64,000 nucleotides of DNA from Trypanosoma brucei (Eukaryota): assembly GCA_000002445.1 (NCBI GenBank), contig CM000208.1, positions 1,856,001-1,920,000 of the forward strand, read 5' to 3'. Within the stretch, counting starts at the first letter, position 1, and each line of letters opens with the position of its first letter. The position numbers and the translations under genes are program-made. Shown here piece after piece: positions 22,909 through 33,783 of the stretch. The notes under the pieces are model-generated. The model searched no databases, was not told the DNA's origin, and saw only the letters and a program-made list of their open reading frames with translations.

Positions 22909-24579
22909 CTATCCCTGCAGTGGCGCAGCTGATTCACCTGCGACTAATGTCGGAAATGGATTCTGGCGTGACAAAACAACCACTTTATGCTCGCATGAGA
23001 TGTACCCACGAAGTAGACCAGTAGATATAAGCTTTGCCACCCACCAAGTCATTTCGCTATCTGTTAAGGCAAGACCATCGTCAATCTCGTCCTCGTTCCG
23101 TTGCCGTTTCGGCCTCCTTTCGGTCGTTTCACGTGCGGCGCTGTCTTGATCGGCTATCATTTTCCCTTCCCTTGCAATGTTTATATACATTGTAGTGAGC
23201 ACCCGCAGTGGTATCCGTGTACTGTCTTCACCACAAGCATCCATTGTGGCGTGCACCCGGGCCACTAGAATGAGAAAACAAAGCAATTTTGCACGCTGTA
23301 ATATAAAATACACGCCCCTTCTTCGCAAGATCGGTCCATACGCATCCACGGCGATGCTGAAGGCACGCGGGTCTCCCCGCTGTATAGCTTTAAGGATCGG
23401 CTGAAATATGTAGACGATGAGGTCATCACGTTGCTGGATCTCCTCTGGCGGCATGCGACCGCTGACAACCCCCGCAACGGTTAAGAAAAATCTCACGCGC
23501 TGCTTGTTACGATGCTGCACGATGTTGCCACTACCTGGTGGTGGGAGTAGTTGATAGGCCTGCTGCAACGCAGCGAATGCCTCGCGCGCCTGGTGATCGT
23601 AGAGCGCCACACGGCCCTTGTAATAGTAAAAAGTCAGCACCTCCGATGTCATGTGCTGCGCCGGCTTAAGCACTTCCCTGCCCGCGGCACCCCCGGTTTC
23701 GGTCACTCGTTCGGCCTGCACGATGGTGTTGATAAGCACTCGGCACTGATGAACGTTGTATCGACGGAACAATATGCTCAACAGCCCATTACACACCGCA
23801 AGGGCACCACGACGTCTAGAAAACTCCGGTGAGAGGCCGGGGTCCACAACCTGAAGAGACTGTAGTAGCTTCCGCCAACTTCGCACTATCCGTCCTGTTG
23901 CCTCGTCTATCACACCGGGGCTTGCGTCGCGAGCGGCACACGGAATGCGATGGACAAAGTGAAGAAGTAAAAGGGTGTCCCAGCCAACGGTGCCAACGGT
24001 GGTGTTGCTTTGTCGATGCTGATAGTTGGTCCGCCGCATCGAGTGAACCTCCTGGAACACTTCGAAAACGTGCAAAAGTCCAAGAGCAAAGCGGTCCTTT
24101 GTCAACTGTGTTATCCACTGCTTCCGCTCTTGCCTATCATCGCCGCCCTTCGAGTCGTCTGCATCTTTTATGGAGTACGACTCCGTGTAATACTTTACTA
24201 GTGCGCCGGTGATTGCGACCCGAAGCACCACCTCAACAAATAATTGCCGCTCCTTCACGTCATCAGCATGGCCGCTGGGTGGCACTCGTGTCTCCCCAAC
24301 TGCTTGTTCAACGCTGTCTAACAAACGCTGTCGCAGTTGATCGATGGCAGGCTCAATGCCACTATGTTCTGGCATATCTCGAATAGTCAGTGCTTCACCC
24401 ATTTCCGCATGCACAACAAAATCCGTCAGCAACATACCGTTGCGTGACGCGATCCCCTCCGCTGCGCGTTGCATCCACCGTGGTGACACCTCAAACAGTG
24501 GTGACTGTTGCGCACCCTTCTTTGCCGGCATGACTTCACCTAAAGACACAGATATAGGCAGTATGCGTTTTTTTTCCAT
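22909..24579 (-). CDS. PCI-domain protein of the CSN12/PCID2/Thp1 family (556 aa)
   Basis: C-terminal winged-helix signature ...LISTGLLRGYISCEHKVVVLSRQNPFPTL, which is characteristic of CSN12/PCID2. Confidence 0.65.
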   Translation of the reverse strand: MEKKRILPISVSLGEVMPAKKGAQQSPLFEVSPRWMQRAAEGIASRNGMLLTDFVVHAEMGEALTIRDMPEHSGIEPAIDQLRQRLLDSVEQAVGETRVPPSGHADDVKERQLFVEVVLRVAITGALVKYYTESYSIKDADDSKGGDDRQERKQWITQLTKDRFALGLLHVFEVFQEVHSMRRTNYQHRQSNTTVGTVGWDTLLLLHFVHRIPCAARDASPGVIDEATGRIVRSWRKLLQSLQVVDPGLSPEFSRRRGALAVCNGLLSILFRRYNVHQCRVLINTIVQAERVTETGGAAGREVLKPAQHMTSEVLTFYYYKGRVALYDHQAREAFAALQQAYQLLPPPGSGNIVQHRNKQRVRFFLTVAGVVSGRMPPEEIQQRDDLIVYIFQPILKAIQRGDPRAFSIAVDAYGPILRRRGVYFILQRAKLLCFLILVARVHATMDACGEDSTRIPLRVLTTMYINIAREGKMIADQDSAARETTERRPKRQRNEDEIDDGLALTDSEMTWWVAKLISTGLLRGYISCEHKVVVLSRQNPFPTLVAGESAAPLQG

Positions 24580-24754
24580 GCACTAACGCAAGCAACATGC
24601 ACATGGATAGAATAAAAGATAAAGGAAATGCGCGACACAACACAGAGGGGAGCCAGCTGTAGTATATAAAAAAAGGAACGCACGCAGGTTTTAAGAGGCG
24701 AAGCACATCAAAAGGTGGAATGAATAGCACTGATGGCCCATCTCCAAAGTGCCG

Positions 24755-25651
24755 TCACTGTTCACCCCTCTTACTCTTCTGCAGCACAACGCACCAGTTT
24801 TCCTTGTCGAAATACGACTCCCGCACAACACCACCCGCTTCCTCCACAAGGCGTTCCAATTCACCTTCTCCAAAGAGGTGATAATATCGGTGGTGCACAC
24901 GTCGCTCAGGGTCGTGCGCCTCATGCATCTCCCAGCGGATAAACACGTCTGATGCACCACTCCTTGGACGCTTTTCCGGCCGTTCCTTCGCCCAGACATA
25001 GATCAAAATGAGACCGTCTGGCCGTACAAGCCTCAACAGCTCGCGAACAGCGTCGAGGCGCCGTTCGTGTGTAGCGAAATGATGAACAACCGCAATGCTA
25101 ATCGCTGCATCAAATGCTCCGTTGCGAAACGCTGTACGACGGGCATCAGCAAGAAGAAGTTCGGTGCGACCGCGAGTCCCAAGCGACCGTGAAGACGACG
25201 GCGAAGTCTCGCTTGCTTCGTGGTCCAGTTGGTTCAGTGCTAACCGGAGAAGCCTCTCACTAAAATCAACGCCGGCAACGAACCGATACGCGGGGCCTGT
25301 TTGTCCCTCTTCGTTTGCCCCGTCGTCTGGAGCATTAGAAGTTGCCGCCATAAAGTTTTGTGCGCAAGAAAAGTATTTGCCGTTCCCACAGCCAACATCT
25401 ACCACAGCGGCATATCTCGGCAGCGACTCGATAAAGGCGCGCACCCTTGGCCACGCCTTGTAGCGAGTTGCCGAGAAATGTGTTGCAATATCATCGTACA
25501 CCTGTTGCACGTGTCGACGTTCAATACCCGCGACGTCAAGTAGTTCGGTTGGCTGAACCTCTGTCACTTTATCATTGCCTAAACGTTCCCTTTCAGTAGG
25601 GGCACTCATGAAAACTTTCGGTGCTGCAACACGAGAACTCACGTATAACAC
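24755..25651 (-). CDS. TRM9: tRNA (mcm5U34) methyltransferase TRM9-like SAM-dependent methyltransferase (298 aa)
   Basis: Motif I VVDVGCGNGKYF. Also AISIAVVHHFATHERRLDAVRELLRLVRPDGLILIYVWAKE, which matches the Trm9/ALKBH8 methyltransferase-domain signature. Confidence 0.75.
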   Translation of the reverse strand: MLYVSSRVAAPKVFMSAPTERERLGNDKVTEVQPTELLDVAGIERRHVQQVYDDIATHFSATRYKAWPRVRAFIESLPRYAAVVDVGCGNGKYFSCAQNFMAATSNAPDDGANEEGQTGPAYRFVAGVDFSERLLRLALNQLDHEASETSPSSSRSLGTRGRTELLLADARRTAFRNGAFDAAISIAVVHHFATHERRLDAVRELLRLVRPDGLILIYVWAKERPEKRPRSGASDVFIRWEMHEAHDPERRVHHRYYHLFGEGELERLVEEAGGVVRESYFDKENWCVVLQKSKRGEQ

Positions 25652-26448
25652 ACAAGGGGTATGGTGGAAACAGGGTGGACAAGAAATTGGAGGTTAACTG
25701 ACGACTCAAATACGTACGCTTACAACCGTGCTGTACTTGTCATATGCGCTCAAACTCGAAAGGACTCACGAAATTAGGAAAAGACAAAGGAAAGAGATCG
25801 CTATCCGCTACCGCCATCGGCCGTCACATATATGGATTCCATGTTCAGCTTGCGCTTGATATCATCGTGGCGGTACCTCCCTTTAAAACAAAAAAATATG
25901 AGATTGTTTTACGTGCCCCACTTTAGGTAGCTATTCGTGCCCGTACATCACCTTTTTCGCGTCCCTCCCTAGCCCTCCTCAGAAACAAAGGCGGAATTAG
26001 CGTTTTAAGTCATTCTCCCCTTGTTTTCTGTTTGCGCTACCCTCAACCGCGTTCCCTCCCTCGCTTATTTTTTCCTTTACCCATTTCACCACACCCTTCT
26101 CTTTCTTCCCCCCATGCACTCTACACTCACACTTTTTCCTTCTCAGCCTCTTTTGCCTTTATATTTACCTCCCAGATCGACGACGACAACACATATTCAT
26201 ATCGTGCGCCCCATGAAGAAGATCCACAATGATAATATCAAGGGAGAGGAAAAAGGGGGAATATAAACGCAAGCATCGTCTTCATTAGCTTATTGGCCTC
26301 CCACCGTGAGTTTTCGGGGCATACGTAGGGCCGGCATGCTGCAAGAATAGTAATAAAAAGGACAAAGGTTGAAAGATTCCACGCGGTACCCACTGGCACC
26401 CGTTCTCCTAGAAAATATGCATATTATTTCGTGCGCACATTACAGTCC

Positions 26449-27804
26449 CTACAGCAATAGCGAGAGTGGGTTCTCAACCGCATCCTTGAAGTGTTTGCAC
26501 CACTGAGACGCAACGGCACCATCAACCACGCGGTGGTCAAATGATGCGGTAAACCTTACAAACATCTCAGCTTCCGCGCCAACTGTGTACTTTCCTGTGT
26601 CCGGATCTAAAGACATACGCGGACGGGGTTTGGCGGAGCCAACAGCTACGATGAGCGCCTGCGGGGGATTTATAATAGCTGTGAAACCGGGGATACCGCT
26701 GGCTCCGAGGTTGGACACAGACACTGTTCCACCAATGAACTCGTGTGGCTGAAGTGTCCCCTCGCGGGCTTTTTTTGCAAGGACCTTCATCTCGTTCGAA
26801 ATGTCGACCAACCCACGTGCCTGTGCATCCTTAATTATGGGGGTGATGAGCCCTGTGGGAGTTGCGACTGCAACGCTCACGTCAACGGTGCGATACTGAC
26901 GGATAAAGTCCCCTTGCCACGAGCTGTTAGCCTCGGGAACCAGCATATTCGCCCGCGCCACTGCTTTGATGATATAATCATTAAGCGTGATTTTATACTT
27001 GCCGTCACCCTTGGAGTTGAGTTGCTGTACCAGGGCCATCATATTCTCTGCGCAGCACTCCTCGAAAAGGTAGTAATGCGGAATCTCCACGTTCTTTGAT
27101 TGTGTAAGGCGTTTGGCGATCGTTGACCGCATGTTCGTGACGGGGATGTCGGTGTAGTTCTGGGTTGATGGAGTCGTGGCTATTACTGGCACGACGGGCT
27201 TAGCGGCAGGCGCGGCGGCGGGAGCAGCGTGTTCACGCTTTGACGCTGCAGCTTCAACGTCCTTCCTCACGATTCGGCCCACCCCTCCCCCAGTGCCCTC
27301 GATGGTGTCGAGTGATACATTGAGCTCCGCCGCCGTCTTTCGGGCCAGGGGAGACGCCTTCACACGACCACCAGCCTCCTTTCCGCCGGCTGGTAGTGGC
27401 GCCACTTGTGTGGGTGAGGGAACCTCCTGCACCTTTGACTGAGTTGCCGCAGGGGAACTGCCAGCGGCCTGCCAGTTCTTAACCTCATCTGAGTTAACAC
27501 CTGACGCCTCATCCACAATAAGGCACACCGCATCGCCGACTGTGGCCTCTTCCCCAACTTGAACAAGAATACGGGCGACAAAGCCGTCCTCTGACACATT
27601 GTCGTACGAAACAACGGCTTTGTCTGTTTCAACCTTGCACCATGTATCGCCCGTTTCAACTGCGTCTCCAACCTTCTTGACCCATTCAGATATTTTTCCC
27701 TTCTCCATGGTTGGAGAGAGAGCTGGCATAGGGATCGGCGTAACTGTCAGAAAACGAGCAAAGCACACAGGAAAGATGTGTTGCGCGACGGGACGGCGGA
27801 ACAT
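26449..27804 (-). CDS. Dihydrolipoamide acyltransferase E2 (pyruvate dehydrogenase E2-like), mitochondrial. The start is set at the internal Met (MFRRPVAQ...); the ORF track extends 74 codons further, to 28026.
   Basis: Lipoyl domain PALSPTMEKGKISEWVKKVGDAVETGDTWCKVETDKAVVSYD (lipoyl-Lys in TDKA). E3-binding region. Catalytic domain ending FDHRVVDGA (DHR active site). The presequence MFRRPVAQHIFPVCFARFL looks like a mitochondrial targeting peptide. ATG at 27804 verified. Confidence 0.85.
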   Translation of the reverse strand: MFRRPVAQHIFPVCFARFLTVTPIPMPALSPTMEKGKISEWVKKVGDAVETGDTWCKVETDKAVVSYDNVSEDGFVARILVQVGEEATVGDAVCLIVDEASGVNSDEVKNWQAAGSSPAATQSKVQEVPSPTQVAPLPAGGKEAGGRVKASPLARKTAAELNVSLDTIEGTGGGVGRIVRKDVEAAASKREHAAPAAAPAAKPVVPVIATTPSTQNYTDIPVTNMRSTIAKRLTQSKNVEIPHYYLFEECCAENMMALVQQLNSKGDGKYKITLNDYIIKAVARANMLVPEANSSWQGDFIRQYRTVDVSVAVATPTGLITPIIKDAQARGLVDISNEMKVLAKKAREGTLQPHEFIGGTVSVSNLGASGIPGFTAIINPPQALIVAVGSAKPRPRMSLDPDTGKYTVGAEAEMFVRFTASFDHRVVDGAVASQWCKHFKDAVENPLSLLL

Positions 27805-28866
27805 GTGTGTTAATTTCTTCAACCGCTTCTTCTTACTTCCGACTAGCAAACAAATCAGGAAAAAGATTATCGCACGTGAAATACGGATTTTGCTACACGA
27901 CAACCTTTTTTTTTCTGATGAACGAAGCCTTGTTGTCGCGATTGCTATTTTATGTAGCACCTCGTCAAAGAGTGATGCGGTACCACGGAACGGAACATAT
28001 GGAATGAGAAAAACCCGCTGTGTCACCGTTCACAGTAGTTGTTAAGACGGTGACTGCAACGTTCAAACCTTTTCCGCCGAAGCCCCACACACTCATTCGG
28101 ATGTCCAATCACTTACACATGCACATGGATAAGTGAAGTCGGAAATAATCATTTCTTCGCAAAAGATGAAGGCACACCTCACCACTTCATCCAACGTCAA
28201 GTTACTCACCACGGCTACAACGGCAAAACTCCAACGCAACAACGGGTAAGGAAACCACACACACACACACACAAAATCGGAGGTTCCTCCAAAAGCAGGT
28301 GCCCCACACCAACCTTTCACAGTAGGGCTGGGGCCAGAAGACTGGCTTCGGCCAAAGTTAACACAATATTAGTAAACGAACGCACAGCATGCGCTGCTGG
28401 AACCCCGGGGGAGGCACGAGGGGGAGATTCTTTACGCTGTCCTTACGCACGATGCCCTTTACGTCAACTGGAAACAAAAACACTCCCCACAGATACTGAC
28501 TGTATTACTGGGCTGATAGTGGACCACCATGGCGACTTTACCGCATTCACATGTACAGGTGTGCGTGGCGTTGAGCAGTCGTAAGCGGAAAGCGGAAATT
28601 TCATGGAGCTAAGGTGAAAAGTTCAGTAGCTGGCATACCACCAGCCGTCACTCACATAACACTCCATCAAATCAACTGCATCCAATAAGACAGCTCTTGC
28701 TGCTTTTGCACCCCTTTATCGTCTTTCCTTCGTTCATTTTTGGGGGGAGATGTATCGATATTACACCCCATTCACACCGTTTTAGCCCACCTACCTCTTC
28801 CCCCATCGTCACCACAACGGAAAACACACCAACACTTCTGAATGCCCCAGCACCGCAGCGCTAGAG

Positions 28867-31800
28867 TTACCGATCACCCTCCTGACCGCCATCTACACAA
28901 ACTTGCCCCGCAAACCGCTGCAGAAACTCCTTAAAGTACCTCCTCTTAACATCAATACGACCCATCATCGTTAAATGTGTGTTTAGTTCGTCCACCTGGG
29001 GTTGGGGATAACGGTCCTTCATCGCCGTCACGTACAGCGGATACTGAGAAACGTAGGTGTCAGCAAGCGTGACTAACAGTTTCTCACGCTCTCTAGGTGG
29101 TAACAGGGACTCATCAGCGCGCACTGCGAAATCAATCATTCGCCTGTAAGCGCAAAGAGCCATATCAACCATTTGGGCGTTCGCAGTGCCAGAGAAACGA
29201 TTAGCGTCATTGCCATTGGACACAATCGCCGATATAAAGCGGGAAGCTTCCGCAATGTTTACACCACTCTCTAAGACACTCAGCGTTACATCGACCACAA
29301 TCTGGCAAAGTGCTGGATTTCCATCGAGTCGCTTGGGATCCACCACATTTTGCCTAATAAAGGCGAAGATGTCTTTTGAAAGGCCGAAAAGTTGCCTGCC
29401 ATCCACCGCCTCCGCCTCCGGAGCGCGACTCGCGCCACGGTTCCTCTGCATGTAGAACGTGGTGCACACGGAGAGAGTCGCAGGTATTAGCCGTTCCTGA
29501 GCACTGGCTACAGGAAACAAGCAATGCGACAGTAACTGCCGCATAGCGTGGATCGGCAACAATCGCGTGACACACACTAACATCTGTAGCATATTCTCAA
29601 GGGGCTCTACAGAAAAAAATGAACTCAAAGCTCCGATCACCTGGTAAAGCGCCAGGCGTATGTCCAACAATATTTTCCGAGCCCTATATACATCGGATTT
29701 TCGACCACCCGCTCCTTCACCTTCACGAGACCTGAGGTGGGAAGCCGCCCCCCCATCTCCATTATAAGTGCCAAAAAGAGTTTTGTATTCGGGAGGCAGG
29801 TCCTTTGCGTCAATGTTGTGCGCAAACTCCATGAGCTTCATGATGGATGGTACCAACGACGAGGCTGCCTCAACAACATAAGGCAGTGTCTTGCAGCGTC
29901 GCAGAACTCCAGCAAAAACGTTGATACTGTCCCGAATAACGTAGCCTTCATCTCGCTGAGCGGTGGTGCGTCCTATAATGATATCGTTGAAGGCATTCTG
30001 ACACATATTTGTTGTGTGGTCGACCATGATCTTCGCTACAGGATCAAGAAAACTCTGAAGACGTCGCTGCGCCTCATCCTCCGGAAGCGCGGTGGTGAAA
30101 GCGGCGATTGCTTCGTACAGCAATGTACGCTCCATCGCTGATGTCGACGAGAACATCAGCAAACGCTCCATCTGGCACAAGAAAGGCTCCCCCAGCAAAA
30201 CCAGCTGCTTAGCATGCTTACTGCAGGCGGTGACCAATAGTGTGAGCGCCCTCTTGCGCGCGGATACAACATCAATGTCATTTACCTCCCTGTATCGATT
30301 CCCAAGTGATTTGAGAATGATACCCATCGTACCTTGCCATACACCCAGAGCAGTGTCATCCCGGCAATTCCACAACAGCGAAAGCATGTTAAGGTAAACC
30401 GGAAAAATGACCATGTCTTCAGGCTCCCTTTTAACCAACTCGTTAATTATTTGGGGTACATACTCGGACGAGTGCTTGAACGACTCAGATAAACTATACA
30501 GAAGGAACTGCGTTGCTTCCCAATTGCAAAAGGTGTCACTTCGCTGCGTCACAAACCCACATTGGGTCCTTGCATCCTCCTCCGTTCCGCGGCTATCGCT
30601 AAGATTACTTACTAGCTGAAGCATAAACTGATTAGCAACGACTGGATAGATCCTCGCCACCGACGTCAGAACATGCGCCGCGAGGCTACGGAACTCCGAG
30701 AAAGCTTGCGTAAATGCTTCGACTGTCCCGAAGTCATGCTCCGATATCTGCATGCCTCCCTCACAAGTGCCGCAACAAGGGTGCAATTTGTTTTTTGGAA
30801 CCAAGACCGCTAGGCGCGCCAGCAACTCCAAGGGATTAATCTGTGTGAAGGCAGCGTCGCCGAGTCGTCGGAAAATGGAGCACGCAACGGAGGCAAGAAG
30901 CACACTTGGGATGGATAAGGTAAGAAGACAGACACGACCAGCCACAGGGGCGGCCGGCTGCAGAAGGGTGTCTGGCGAATCGTGCAGCAATCCCACAACT
31001 TCTTCGATATTACCATGATTTGACTCAGCTACCCACATGTCTACCGAACCAAGGGCAACGTTCAGGAGTTCCGTTCGCAGAGAGTCAGCTGCCGTGGATT
31101 CTCCTGCACAAGACAAACGGTCACACCGAAGAAGTGCCGTTGTTGCAGCGAGTGCTTCCTGGGCAGCTGGTCCCCATCGTACAAGCGCTGAAAGGGTGTT
31201 AGTAAGGCCGACTTCCGACCACACGTGCACAGGAAGGCAGGGGGTAGCGTTAGCTACGGTCATGAGACAATCCGTAACGCTTTCCTTAGTTCCTGGAGCA
31301 CAGCTGTTACTTGCCGCTCCACCGGCTTGTGTGTATAAGTCGAACAGCGCCTGAATCACCTCCACAAGAATTGTACGACCATACAGCTCAATCGCCTTTT
31401 TCAACCGCTTCATACGATTAACGGGCACACCTCCCACGTGCGGAGAGGTAATATGCGCGATAAATGACGAAAGGAAATGAAGTTTACGAGGTTGCTGTGC
31501 AAGCTGGGTTGGAGGAGCGCACACACGGGCAATCAAGTCCGGGTAGGACTCGGGCCACTCACGCACCATGCACTCTATGAGTAGCTCCACAATGTCAGCA
31601 CAGAGGAGACGGCCTAGTGTTGGTTCGTTGAAATACCATGTCATTAACTCCTCGTACGGTACAACCGAGGGGGGTATTCGTCCAGACACTACAGCATTTC
31701 GTAGAAGAACTGCGCCGTAAGCCTGTACGGCTGCACCTCGGTCCGTAACTGCAAGCAAACCCGTACCGATACTTACAATTTCCTCGCTATTCATTTGTTC

Positions 31801-31980
31801 TTCCACCTCATGAAGTTCAAAAGTGGCCCTTCGGCGGTCCCCGTTATCTTCGGCTGCATATACAACACTCAAGATTTGCACGATCCTTTCGACACTCATT
31901 GTATGTTCCTCTAGCGAGAAAACACATTCAATTACGAGAGAAGCAGGGGAGTGGTTAGAGCAAGTACGAATATTTCGCAC
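28867..31980 (-). CDS. Importin-beta superfamily nuclear transport receptor (exportin-like), 1037 aa. The true start may be the Met at ~31899 (MSVERIVQ...).
   Basis: The N-terminus has an importin-N-like pattern (ATFELHEVEEQ...YGAVLLRNAV...W...P). The remainder is HEAT/ARM-like helical repeats. Family-level call only. Confidence 0.45.
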   Translation of the reverse strand: MRNIRTCSNHSPASLVIECVFSLEEHTMSVERIVQILSVVYAAEDNGDRRRATFELHEVEEQMNSEEIVSIGTGLLAVTDRGAAVQAYGAVLLRNAVVSGRIPPSVVPYEELMTWYFNEPTLGRLLCADIVELLIECMVREWPESYPDLIARVCAPPTQLAQQPRKLHFLSSFIAHITSPHVGGVPVNRMKRLKKAIELYGRTILVEVIQALFDLYTQAGGAASNSCAPGTKESVTDCLMTVANATPCLPVHVWSEVGLTNTLSALVRWGPAAQEALAATTALLRCDRLSCAGESTAADSLRTELLNVALGSVDMWVAESNHGNIEEVVGLLHDSPDTLLQPAAPVAGRVCLLTLSIPSVLLASVACSIFRRLGDAAFTQINPLELLARLAVLVPKNKLHPCCGTCEGGMQISEHDFGTVEAFTQAFSEFRSLAAHVLTSVARIYPVVANQFMLQLVSNLSDSRGTEEDARTQCGFVTQRSDTFCNWEATQFLLYSLSESFKHSSEYVPQIINELVKREPEDMVIFPVYLNMLSLLWNCRDDTALGVWQGTMGIILKSLGNRYREVNDIDVVSARKRALTLLVTACSKHAKQLVLLGEPFLCQMERLLMFSSTSAMERTLLYEAIAAFTTALPEDEAQRRLQSFLDPVAKIMVDHTTNMCQNAFNDIIIGRTTAQRDEGYVIRDSINVFAGVLRRCKTLPYVVEAASSLVPSIMKLMEFAHNIDAKDLPPEYKTLFGTYNGDGGAASHLRSREGEGAGGRKSDVYRARKILLDIRLALYQVIGALSSFFSVEPLENMLQMLVCVTRLLPIHAMRQLLSHCLFPVASAQERLIPATLSVCTTFYMQRNRGASRAPEAEAVDGRQLFGLSKDIFAFIRQNVVDPKRLDGNPALCQIVVDVTLSVLESGVNIAEASRFISAIVSNGNDANRFSGTANAQMVDMALCAYRRMIDFAVRADESLLPPREREKLLVTLADTYVSQYPLYVTAMKDRYPQPQVDELNTHLTMMGRIDVKRRYFKEFLQRFAGQVCVDGGQEGDR

Positions 31981-32251
31981 GCAACAGATAGATATGTTGA
32001 ATCAGGCGGAAATAGGAGGTGCAAGAACGAAAACTTTTTCCACGGGTAGCTAAAAACACTGAAAAAAATGATAATATGACGCAAACACAGTACGAAAAAA
32101 TATTTGGTCCACGGGACACTCATCGCGCCGCGGAATGCGTGCAAACGGTGGCAGTAGCTCTAGGAAACCACCAACTTAGAGGTGAAGATACATTTCTGAA
32201 CCGGCTTTTCAGGTCAGCGGGAACCATACATACTAACCGTTAACAGAGACC

Positions 32252-33091
32252 TCACTTGACCCACGGTGGGTGCTCGCGCGGTCGAAGAGACAACCCTCTC
32301 TCCCCTCCCTGTTCCCTCACTACGCGGCAGTCACCCACGGCTCCCTCTCCGAACGGCACCCAGTTGAGGCGCCGGCAACACTCCCAGCCGACAGGCTCGA
32401 CGACCGTTGTTTGGCTGTCATACGTCCACCCGCTCATATCACACATGGTGAAAGTGCAGCGGTAAAATGTTGCCCCGCGAACGTCCCACCCACTCATGCT
32501 AGCACGGCAGAATGTGCAATGCGAAAAACGACCACAGCGGGCATCGACACCAACCGCATCGGTAGCCAAAAATGTGCACGAGTGAAACTGTGCCCCTATA
32601 AAGCTGGACCGCCTGATATCAGTCAGGTTGAAGGTACTGTGGCTCACGAAAGCGCCACCGAGGGAGGCAGAAACGAGAGCACATCTGTTGAAACTGGCCG
32701 AAAGGTTAGTGCAAGCAAAGTCGAGGGAACTAAAACACCGGCCCTCTAGGATGCTACCAATTTCAATCTCCTTTGACCTAACACTTTCTACCCTCCTACA
32801 ACCACCATCCGCAGCTCTCTGCCCTCCAGTGCTCTCGCCTAAGGCTTCCAACACCGCCCCGCGCACAAGCGGCTGCACCTCCATCTCCGCCTCCAATGGA
32901 AAACTTAACAACTTCGCATATGGTACCGCCGGAGATGGTGAAGCGGAGGAGGAAACACGATGCGAATCGAGATTTTTTCCAACCCTTATCATTGACGTTT
33001 CAAACGGTAGAGAAAGCAAAGCTACCTTGCGCCGAAGGTTGAGAGCGTCCAAGAGCCGGCTGATTACACCGAGAGAGAGACAACGCTCCAT
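32252..33091 (-). CDS. Pentapeptide-repeat-like protein (279 aa)
   Basis: C-terminal half shows a 5-residue periodicity: FSHCT FCRAS MSGWD VRGAT FYRCT FTMCD MSGWT, with a central F/M/L every fifth residue. This is typical of pentapeptide-repeat (right-handed quadrilateral beta-helix) proteins. Confidence 0.4.
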   Translation of the reverse strand: MERCLSLGVISRLLDALNLRRKVALLSLPFETSMIRVGKNLDSHRVSSSASPSPAVPYAKLLSFPLEAEMEVQPLVRGAVLEALGESTGGQRAADGGCRRVESVRSKEIEIGSILEGRCFSSLDFACTNLSASFNRCALVSASLGGAFVSHSTFNLTDIRRSSFIGAQFHSCTFLATDAVGVDARCGRFSHCTFCRASMSGWDVRGATFYRCTFTMCDMSGWTYDSQTTVVEPVGWECCRRLNWVPFGEGAVGDCRVVREQGGERGLSLRPREHPPWVK

Positions 33092-33783
33092 GCAACACGA
33101 CGAAAAAAATATATAGAGCTTCTCAGGACGAAGTGTACAACACTCACTCCGAAAGGAGCGGCCCGTTGGCCTAACGCTATCAAACCTTGGTAGAAAAGGG
33201 AAGGATGAAGAAGGAAGAGTGGTCTGGTGGGTAGTTCAGCTACTTAAAAGCCTCATATGTGCGGTCGCACAATTAAACTGGGATAACTAAGTCTCCACCG
33301 GAGTTACAAACGTGCTGACATACGAGAAAACTGCGAAAGAGTGCGCTTTTGGCCAACAGTATCATCGTCACCCCTACATCTCCGCTAGTTTCACTACCGA
33401 GTCCGCATCCGCAGGCTCCAACTACTTCAGCACCTAGCACCTAACACTGCAACTCCCCGTGTGTAAATAGTGGGGGGCGCATAAGAAATAAAATGGGGAA
33501 GTGTGCTAACTTAATGTTTCGACTTGGCCCATGGGTTGGTGGGAGACATGAGTACTATGTGGAGGCAAACCGTACAGCACGCCTTAGGAACCCTTCTTTG
33601 ACAATCTGTTATTGTTAATCCCTTCTCGAACGGCCCACTTCCTGTACCTAAAATCTGTCCTCTCATCCTTGCATTGTGGAAAATACAATAACCACACCCA
33701 GATACAGATAGGCATGTGCACTTTCACTGACCCGTTTCATGGTAGCCGCACTTTCCGTTCTATATAAGGAAAGAGAGTATGGG

